In this document: positions 9,925 through 16,390 of the stretch, piece after piece
How the letters are laid out: each line of letters begins with the position of its first letter
Position numbering within the stretch: position 1 is the first letter of the stretch
NCBI GenBank assembly: GCA_964406665.1
Contig: CAYOSQ010000001.1
Location: 7,412 to 71,411 of the forward strand
Length of the DNA: 64,000 bases
Source of the DNA: an uncultured Planctomycetia bacterium
GTDB lineage: Bacteria; Omnitrophota; Gorgyraeia; VGKH01; JBHPFN01
Reading direction: 5' to 3'
Made by a program: the position numbers and the translations under genes
The notes under the pieces: model-generated
The model's input: the letters and a program-made list of their open reading frames with translations, nothing else
Told to the model about the DNA's origin: nothing
Database searches by the model: none

Positions 9925-12123
9925 TTATTCCGGAGGATCAGGACATTCATCCGGCCAAGATGGATCATCCGGATCAGGTATTGCTCCCGGACACGGTGGA
10001 TAATCATTTTGACACAGAACATTACAACATTCTAGCTTCTCCGGTTCATGATTTGTAGCATAGTGAGCGCAACAATCCTGACACTCTCCAACCAAGCCTA
10101 CGCATAAACTTATACATTCAGCCTGACAATAAGGCATTATTTCACCGCCTACAACACATCCTTCATCCCATCCTGCATCTGCAGGATCAAAACAGTGGGG
10201 GCATTCATCCTGCAGCTCTCCGCCGCCTTCTCCAAATTCTGCGATTTCTGAAATACAACGCTGCTGACAACCAGAGTGCGTTTCTCCTATAAAACAATCA
10301 GCAGTAGTATAATCACAATATCCATCGCCGTCGTCATCAACCCAGTCCACATCACAACATTCTCCTATAGCAACAATTTTTGCTTCTAGTTCTGTCCTGT
10401 TATATAGTAACCCATCTGGTTCATCATGTATTACGTGCCAAAGACGTCTGCGCAGTTCTTCCAGACCACACTGTCGACCGCCTTCACACTGTGGCGGCAT
10501 TTCTGCTCCTTCGCAATCCTCATCGCAAAAATCATCTGGCTGGTAACAATCTCTGCCCCAAGTATTACCCATGCATTCAACAATATTGTCTACCCAAGGA
10601 TGAACATAATAATTCTGTGGTCCTGGTAAGCTATCCCACCATGGAGTATATACTCCGTGGCTTTCTGTTTCATGCATTACTCCGAACTCGCAACCATAGA
10701 AAAATCCTTGAGCATTTTCCCGACAACAGAAACTCTGGCAACATTCAGTCAAATATCCTGGCCCAGCTCCTGTGGCAATACAGTCGGCTTTACAAGGAGG
10801 CACGTTTACTGTCCACATACAATGACGGTAGTAATTCGGGTTTGCGGCATTAGATGTAAGACATCTTCTCAAGTCCCAACAACGCCACCAGTCAGAACCC
10901 GTGTATCCTCCAGGGTTAGGTGAACAATTATTCCGTAATCGGTTTTCGGTAAAATTATCACAACGGTTATCTACACATTCATCTGTTCTATCAGGAATAC
11001 AATCATCCCAACAATCCTGCCACGCCTGTCCCTCAAGGCCATCACAGTCAATTGTACATTGATCCTCTGCCCAATCATCACAGCGATCTAAACAACGGTC
11101 TAAATCGTACACATCTTCACAATGGTCTCTACAAGGGTCTATGTTTGGTACAACACAATCTTTCTGGCAACGCAACTCTGTGTAAAGATCACAGCCGTTA
11201 GCTCCCTCAAGTCCGTTCCATATTCCACCACGAATAGAATTGGCTTCATTTATCATGCGATTAATCTCATCAACCATCTGTTCCCAGTCATCAACAATAC
11301 CAGCAACAATTATAGGACACTCTGCTGCAGCAATTTCATCTAAACATGCATCCATTTCATTTCTATTTTCATATGCAGCATCATTACAACAAGCATAAAT
11401 CGCATCTCTTCTTGCGGCAATCTCATTTCTTCTGGTTACAAGCTTATCTGCTTCTTGATCTATTTTTCTTGCCGAATCTTTAAGCTTTCTGGCTGTTACA
11501 CCAAAGCCTGCCCACCAACAAAGCTCCCACCAATCGTCGCATTCTTCTGCCTGCTCTCTTAATTCATTAGCTTCGTGTCTCATAGCATTAATTGCATCGT
11601 TAAGAGAGGCTATCTGTCCGTTAAAAGATGCCATCTTGGGATCGATTGATTTATTACACAAACATCTATCATAACAAAGGCATCCGGTCACAATCCAAAC
11701 ACCATCTATCTCTTCAAAACAATCAGGGTTAGCATCTATACATTCATTTCTACATTCCTCTTCGGCATCTGCAAGACCTATAGGTTGAAGAACAAATGAT
11801 ATTTCTTGATCTGTTCTTCCTGCAAAAACCCAATCATCGGTTATGTCCAGGGGCGCTGCAGGATCAATAGTGGGAGAGCCCAAATAAGCAGTATCGTTAT
11901 TGAGGACTCCGTAAGAATCTTTATTCGCTGCAACCATGCGGGTATCTTGATATTCATCCTGGCGCTGGGCAAAGTTTGAGGTAAACCAAAGCCAGATACG
12001 CGTAATACCGATTGCTAATGCCAAAACAACTATGAAGGAAAAAACAAAACCCAGGATTGACTGACCGCGTCTTATTCCTGGGGGTTTAAAGAAAATTTTT
12101 CTAGAGAAAGATTTATTTGACAT
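9925..12123 (-). CDS. Giant Cys-, Asp/Glu- and Trp-rich protein with an Flp-like leader (paralog B, 732 aa)
   Basis: After the leader the N-terminus is identical to paralog A for about 55 aa (GQSILGFVFSFIVVLALAIGITRIWLWFTSNFAQRQDEYQDTRMVAANKDSYG), and the DDWWELCWWAGFGVTARKLKDSA block is shared. An AAAGGGG RBS precedes the start. Confidence 0.6.
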   Translation of the reverse strand: MSNKSFSRKIFFKPPGIRRGQSILGFVFSFIVVLALAIGITRIWLWFTSNFAQRQDEYQDTRMVAANKDSYGVLNNDTAYLGSPTIDPAAPLDITDDWVFAGRTDQEISFVLQPIGLADAEEECRNECIDANPDCFEEIDGVWIVTGCLCYDRCLCNKSIDPKMASFNGQIASLNDAINAMRHEANELREQAEECDDWWELCWWAGFGVTARKLKDSARKIDQEADKLVTRRNEIAARRDAIYACCNDAAYENRNEMDACLDEIAAAECPIIVAGIVDDWEQMVDEINRMINEANSIRGGIWNGLEGANGCDLYTELRCQKDCVVPNIDPCRDHCEDVYDLDRCLDRCDDWAEDQCTIDCDGLEGQAWQDCWDDCIPDRTDECVDNRCDNFTENRLRNNCSPNPGGYTGSDWWRCWDLRRCLTSNAANPNYYRHCMWTVNVPPCKADCIATGAGPGYLTECCQSFCCRENAQGFFYGCEFGVMHETESHGVYTPWWDSLPGPQNYYVHPWVDNIVECMGNTWGRDCYQPDDFCDEDCEGAEMPPQCEGGRQCGLEELRRRLWHVIHDEPDGLLYNRTELEAKIVAIGECCDVDWVDDDGDGYCDYTTADCFIGETHSGCQQRCISEIAEFGEGGGELQDECPHCFDPADAGWDEGCVVGGEIMPYCQAECISLCVGLVGECQDCCAHYATNHEPEKLECCNVLCQNDYPPCPGAIPDPDDPSWPDECPDPPE

Positions 12124-12164
12124 GCTGACCCCTTTTGTAAATATAATCTTTACTTAAATGTATT

Positions 12165-13085
12165 CTAAAAATTAGTATCCCACGTTCGGTTTATTATAAC
12201 ACGATTATCGGGATTGTTTATAGTATTTGGATCATATTTTATTCTATTGTCATTAGTATCATACCAGGCTCCCTGAGCAAGATCTTGCGGATCCAATAAT
12301 TCCCAATCACCTTCAGCCGGAGAACCATCATCTGCATCGTGTTGCGATACAGATGTATCTCTGCGCAAAAAAACTGTTGATTCAATATTCTCACTTAATT
12401 CCATACGCTGCGTATTAGAAATTCTTGCCGGTCCCTCCCCAGCGGGCAGCTGATGTTTTCTCGAGGTTGAAGTAAGCTGTGTATGCTTAGCTGTAACATC
12501 TCTCCAAACAGTAGAAGGAACTTTCGACCAAGTGTCGTCTCCCCCTGTAGGATCGGTTGCTGCTTTGGGGTAGCGAGTTAACATTACATCGGGGTTGCCT
12601 ACGCGTGCTGTTTCCCAATCATGCGTGCCCACAAACTGATTGTTGACTTCGTAATACGAAAAAGATCCTTGTATTGTCGAACTATCATTGTCTTCTTTTT
12701 TATTATGGCATCCATGTTCATCATGCTGGCAACCAGCCATACCTTTCTGCCACATAACCGATGCAGATGCAGTTAAGGTAGATGGTTGGCTTTCACCAAA
12801 ATTTGCTAAAGCATTATAAAAACGGTTGTCTTTCTTTAAAGTATAAGAAACATTTGCATTTCTCTGATATGATTTCTGCAAAGCCTTGCGGAATGCCTCC
12901 TGTTTTAATGCTTGCTGTGCATCTATGCGTTGTCCGTATGTGATAAGTGAAGAAAATGCAACAAGAACTAAACTTCCTAAGATTGCCAGCTCTGCTGCTG
13001 CCTGGCCTGTGCGGAAAATAAATGCAGAATATTTGTTTCTTTTCTGATTCGGCTTTAATATCTTATGCGTTCTTCCAAACCTCAT
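12165..13085 (-). CDS. TadE/TadF-like pseudopilin (prepilin-type, leader G|QAAAEL)
   Basis: RTGQAAAELAILGSLVLVAFSSLITYGQ matches the TadE-like N-terminal domain pattern. Confidence 0.55.
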   Translation of the reverse strand: MRFGRTHKILKPNQKRNKYSAFIFRTGQAAAELAILGSLVLVAFSSLITYGQRIDAQQALKQEAFRKALQKSYQRNANVSYTLKKDNRFYNALANFGESQPSTLTASASVMWQKGMAGCQHDEHGCHNKKEDNDSSTIQGSFSYYEVNNQFVGTHDWETARVGNPDVMLTRYPKAATDPTGGDDTWSKVPSTVWRDVTAKHTQLTSTSRKHQLPAGEGPARISNTQRMELSENIESTVFLRRDTSVSQHDADDGSPAEGDWELLDPQDLAQGAWYDTNDNRIKYDPNTINNPDNRVIINRTWDTNF

Positions 13086-13111
13086 AAACTCTCCTAGCTG
13101 AAGTTGTTAGT

Positions 13112-13579
13112 CTAAAATTCTGGAGCTGCAATATCAAATTCACCCTGATCTAAAAATTGATCCTGCTGAATTAACATTTCGTAACCGTCACCAGTAGATG
13201 CTGTAACCCTATTCATCAATACTTCATTATCATTAGGATCAAGGAACGAGCTTTTTAAACCACCATGAGCTTCATGCGCTACTTGCTTGCGTTTCTGGGC
13301 TGTTCTGGTCCTTGTCCTGGTGTTATCAAATTCATCTCCGTCAGCAAGTTCTTCAAGTAATTCTTCTCCAGTATCAACCCTCCAGGGCTCTCCAATTCCC
13401 CAGCTTGACCAGAGCACTAAATCAGAAGTCTGATTAACCTTCTGCTGCAGGGAATTTGAAAGCGGCCTCTGAACTGTAGCAAGGACTGCCAGAACCACTA
13501 CAAACACCGACGCCCACATTATAATGCTTTGGCCTTTTCTATTTAATATTTTACCATCCATAGGAGAAAATTCCTCCAT
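13112..13579 (-). CDS. Prepilin-like protein with a variant leader (G|QSIIMW), acidic C-terminal part
   Basis: NRKGQSIIMWASVFVVVLAVLATV hydrophobic helix after a Gly-Gln processing-like site. Confidence 0.4.
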   Translation of the reverse strand: MEEFSPMDGKILNRKGQSIIMWASVFVVVLAVLATVQRPLSNSLQQKVNQTSDLVLWSSWGIGEPWRVDTGEELLEELADGDEFDNTRTRTRTAQKRKQVAHEAHGGLKSSFLDPNDNEVLMNRVTASTGDGYEMLIQQDQFLDQGEFDIAAPEF

Positions 13580-13583
13580 TTTT

Positions 13584-13910
13584 TTAATCTAGACCAGCTA
13601 ACCCGTCTACAGCTTCCCTGCGATCAAACGTAGTAGATGAATTAGAAAAAGTTAATGTAACACCGTCAGGAGCTCCGTTTACTCCCATATAACTATCTGT
13701 ATTAGTAGTAACTGTAGATTCTATTAGTGCGGTTGTATGTCTTGGGGAATATTGTGACGGGCTTATTGTATCGGCTTCCTGCTTCAGTCTTCCTGAATAT
13801 GCTCTCCTGACATAAGTCGCCATAAGTAAAAGAGCGCTGAGGACAAGCGCGATCAATACCGTATACTCTAATAACCCTTGACCTTTACAGTTTCTCATTT
13901 TTCTTAACAT
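13584..13910 (-). CDS. Flp/TadE-type prepilin (G|QGLLEY)
   Basis: CKGQGLLEYTVLIALVLSALLLMATYVRRAYSG: the class III (Tad-type) signal motif G/xxxxEY followed by a hydrophobic helix. Confidence 0.55.
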   Translation of the reverse strand: MLRKMRNCKGQGLLEYTVLIALVLSALLLMATYVRRAYSGRLKQEADTISPSQYSPRHTTALIESTVTTNTDSYMGVNGAPDGVTLTFSNSSTTFDRREAVDGLAGLD

Positions 13911-13945
13911 AAGCTTTTCCTTAAAATAGTTATTCTTAAGCTCAA

Positions 13946-14419
13946 TTAATCAATTTCACCTAAATCAAAAGGTGCTGGAAAATCTTCCCAGACGGTTGAG
14001 TTATCAACTATATCTTCAGTCCTATAGAGCTCCCCTATGGCAGAGTCTGTTTGTTTTCTAATGTCAGTATCAAATCTATTGCCAACGGAAGCTCTATAGG
14101 AATAAATACCTTTGTCCGCAACATACTGCGGAGTATAACCAAAACCATCAGGCAAAAATTCGGATATATGCCCGGCGCCCTCAGCTGTAGCAGTTTCTTC
14201 TGCTACTTCCTGATCGCCGATCATTGTCCGCGCAACTCTTTCGCTGGTGGCAGTGGGGGAAAACTGTTCCCCCATCCTTTCTGCTGCATCATTCATGCTA
14301 CCTGAAAATCCTCTTTTAACAATTGTCTGCATAAGTAGCAAAGCAGAAAGCACCACCGCCAAAACAATTGCGTACTCTAACATACTTTGAGCTTTACGTT
14401 TGCCTTTTTTAAAGGACAT
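13946..14419 (-). CDS. Flp/TadE-type prepilin (A|QSMLEY)
   Basis: KRKAQSMLEYAIVLAVVLSALLLMQTIVKRGFSG. Confidence 0.55.
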   Translation of the reverse strand: MSFKKGKRKAQSMLEYAIVLAVVLSALLLMQTIVKRGFSGSMNDAAERMGEQFSPTATSERVARTMIGDQEVAEETATAEGAGHISEFLPDGFGYTPQYVADKGIYSYRASVGNRFDTDIRKQTDSAIGELYRTEDIVDNSTVWEDFPAPFDLGEID

Positions 14420-14464
14420 CTTCTCTCCTGCTTTTCTTTTCTAAACTGCTTTTAACAATCCCTA

Positions 14465-14953
14465 TTATTCCCAAAGAGCTTCAGGATTGTCCCATTCATC
14501 ATCTAAAGCCTCATACTCAGCTGATGTATGATCTTCATGAATAGTTGAATCAGTTGTCTGCCTTGTATCTGTTGAATAACCGTGCCCTACACGAGAACTA
14601 ATGCTGTTAGCGCCTCTATCGATTGCACCTACAATGTCATAATCTGCAACTCCAGCATCAGCAGCAGCATCAGCGATCAAGTCTGTCATAAGATCGTCTG
14701 AAGAATCAATACCACCTTCTTCAACGATAATATGATCTTCACCTTCTGCCATTGCTCGTGTTTCTTGTATAACTGAATTAGAAACTGAGTATTGATCACC
14801 CATTCTTGAAGCAGCATCATTAATACCACCTGAAACACCACGCTTGACTATTGCCTGCAAAAGTAAAAACGCGGAGATGACAACTGCTAAAAGAATAGCA
14901 TATTCAATCATTGATTGTGCTCTTCTATTCTTATACAGCTTCATATTTCTCAC
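14465..14953 (-). CDS. Flp/TadE-type prepilin (A|QSMIEY), paralog of 13946-14419
   Basis: NRRAQSMIEYAILLAVVISAFLLLQAIVKRGVSGG. Confidence 0.55.
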   Translation of the reverse strand: MRNMKLYKNRRAQSMIEYAILLAVVISAFLLLQAIVKRGVSGGINDAASRMGDQYSVSNSVIQETRAMAEGEDHIIVEEGGIDSSDDLMTDLIADAAADAGVADYDIVGAIDRGANSISSRVGHGYSTDTRQTTDSTIHEDHTSAEYEALDDEWDNPEALWE

Positions 14954-14999
14954 CTTCCTTAATGTTTTATGCTTTTATTAAATAATTTAAAAATCTCTA

Positions 15000-15383
15000 C
15001 TATTCTCCCTCTTCTACTAATCTGTTAATATCAAGTGTAGTAGTTTCAGTCGCGGTCTCGTTATGCTTCATTTCCGCACCACCCTTTAACCTGATCTTCT
15101 CATCCGTATAACCGGTTTCTAAGCTAGTGGTATGGCGGACCTGCTCGCTTACTGCATAGACATCCTGCATTGTGTCAAAACCTGCTTCTTCCATAGCATC
15201 ATCTAGCTCTGAAGTACCTGCTCGCAGCATAAACTCAACTGCTCTATCCTGCTTTACGTTTATGGCGTTCTTCAATGAGACTGAAAGAGCGCCAGCGGCA
15301 ATCGCAATTACAGCGGCAAAGATTATGCCGTATTCTGCAGTCGATTGCGCCCTTTTGCTTTTAAATAATCGTCTCAAAAACAT
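15000..15383 (-). CDS. Flp/TadE-type prepilin (A|QSTAEY)
   Basis: KSKRAQSTAEYGIIFAAVIAIAAGALSVSL. Confidence 0.5.
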   Translation of the reverse strand: MFLRRLFKSKRAQSTAEYGIIFAAVIAIAAGALSVSLKNAINVKQDRAVEFMLRAGTSELDDAMEEAGFDTMQDVYAVSEQVRHTTSLETGYTDEKIRLKGGAEMKHNETATETTTLDINRLVEEGE

Positions 15384-15447
15384 GTTTTATTCGCCTCCTT
15401 AAATTACTATATATTTTATTTTCAATTTCATTGTTTTCACAATTTGC

Positions 15448-15663
15448 TTACTCTTCCTGAAATACACCCATGCCTAAGTCATCAACAGTACTTTTTAATG
15501 CTGTACCTGTTTTAGAATAGGCACCTTCGACTGATTCTTTAATTGAACCACCACCGATACCGGTAAACAAAACGGCAACAATAGCAGCAACAACCACGCC
15601 GAGAATAAGGGTATACTCCAATATACTCTGACCTGATCTTGACGCTGTTCTCATATTATTCAC
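15448..15663 (-). CDS. flp: Flp-family major pilin candidate (71 aa, G|QSILEY)
   Basis: SRSGQSILEYTLILGVVVAAIVAVLFTGIGG. Its small size and canonical G/xxxxEY motif are typical of Flp pilins. Confidence 0.6.
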   Translation of the reverse strand: MNNMRTASRSGQSILEYTLILGVVVAAIVAVLFTGIGGGSIKESVEGAYSKTGTALKSTVDDLGMGVFQEE

Positions 15664-15673
15664 CTCCCTTCCT

Positions 15674-15907
15674 TTATCTATTATATGTCATTTCTTCCTG
15701 AACACGTTTTAAATATCTATTATATGTCATTTCTTCCTGAACACGTTTTAAACGCGCATTCACGGAACGATATACATACCGATGTGTAATAATAATCCCG
15801 GCTGCGACTACAGCGAATAGTAATGTAAATTCGATAATACTCTGTGCTTTTCTGCATTTATTAAGCTTAATTAGTATCATTCTGTAATCATCACCCCCCC
15901 TGCACAC
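15674..15907 (-). CDS. Flp/TadE-type prepilin-like protein (A|QSIIEF) with a duplicated 13 aa C-terminal repeat. The true start is probably the internal Met near 15880.
   Basis: KCRKAQSIIEFTLLFAVVAAGIIITHRY. The C-terminus reads RVQEEMTYNRYLKRVQEEMTYNR, matching a 39 bp tandem DNA duplication. Confidence 0.45.
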   Translation of the reverse strand: MCRGGDDYRMILIKLNKCRKAQSIIEFTLLFAVVAAGIIITHRYVYRSVNARLKRVQEEMTYNRYLKRVQEEMTYNR

Positions 15908-16143
15908 TGAGTTACGGTTCTAAAATATTGATCGAATATTCCTCTTTCTCCTTCTCCACCTGTTGACTTACCTACATCAACCCAGAAATAAACTGCAATC
16001 AAAGCAATAATAGCAAAACTGACCAGTGCAACATATTCTAATAAAACCTGGCCGTTTCTTTTCTTTGATTTGCCTGAAATTCTTTTTAAAGACTTTTTAA
16101 AACTCATAATCAACTCTCCAAAAATAAAAACCGGATTACTCAA
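15877..16143 (-). CDS. Flp/TadE-type prepilin (G|QVLLEY), the first gene of the pilin array
   Basis: KKRNGQVLLEYVALVSFAIIALIAVYFWV. Confidence 0.5.
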   Translation of the reverse strand: MSNPVFIFGELIMSFKKSLKRISGKSKKRNGQVLLEYVALVSFAIIALIAVYFWVDVGKSTGGEGERGIFDQYFRTVTQCAGGVMITE

Positions 16144-16330
16144 AAACCCATAACGGCCTTTCGGTAACCCGGCTAATTTCTATCTCGCTCTTGACCCTGT
16201 GAAAGCGATAAAATATAAAAAGATGTAGCGAGCGAATCCCGTGGCTTTGCGCATCCGCCGTTTTTGATCGACGGAATTGCCGTTTCGCTGCCGTAAAATT
16301 TCCAAATTGTATTGTGCTACTTGCAAGTAA

Positions 16331-16358
16331 AATATAACACAGTATGAGCAAAAGTCAA
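16331..16358 (-). promoter_or_regulatory. Candidate sigma70-type promoter for the prepilin array (TTGACT-16 nt-TATATT on the minus strand), with a roughly 190 nt leader
   Basis: Reverse complement of 16331-16358 reads TTGACTtttgctcatactgtgtTATATT. It lies in the 247 bp gap upstream of the first pilin gene. Confidence 0.35.
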
Positions 16359-16390
16359 GACTAAATACTCATACGCAAGAAAACGCTTTT

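Noticed and set aside
10380-10923. Plus-strand ORFs (157, 67 and 88 aa) inside the 732 aa giant gene, with similar ones at 6304-6634, 6774-7043 and 7094-7354 inside the 756 aa gene
   Set aside because: They are antisense to long, well-supported paralogous CDSs and have no RBS or recognisable motifs. They are most likely frame artefacts of the Cys/Asp-rich coding sequence.}
5228-12123. Multihaem cytochrome or nanowire interpretation of the giant Cys-rich proteins
   Set aside because: No CxxCH haem-binding motifs are present; the closest are CCSH and CCAH. The Cys residues occur as CC, CxC and CxxxC in an acidic context.}
16136-16351. 71 aa ORF in the gap between the 799 aa gene and the pilin array
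   Set aside because: It lies across the predicted promoter and leader of the pilin operon, overlaps the first pilin gene, and has no RBS or homology. Treated as non-coding leader.}
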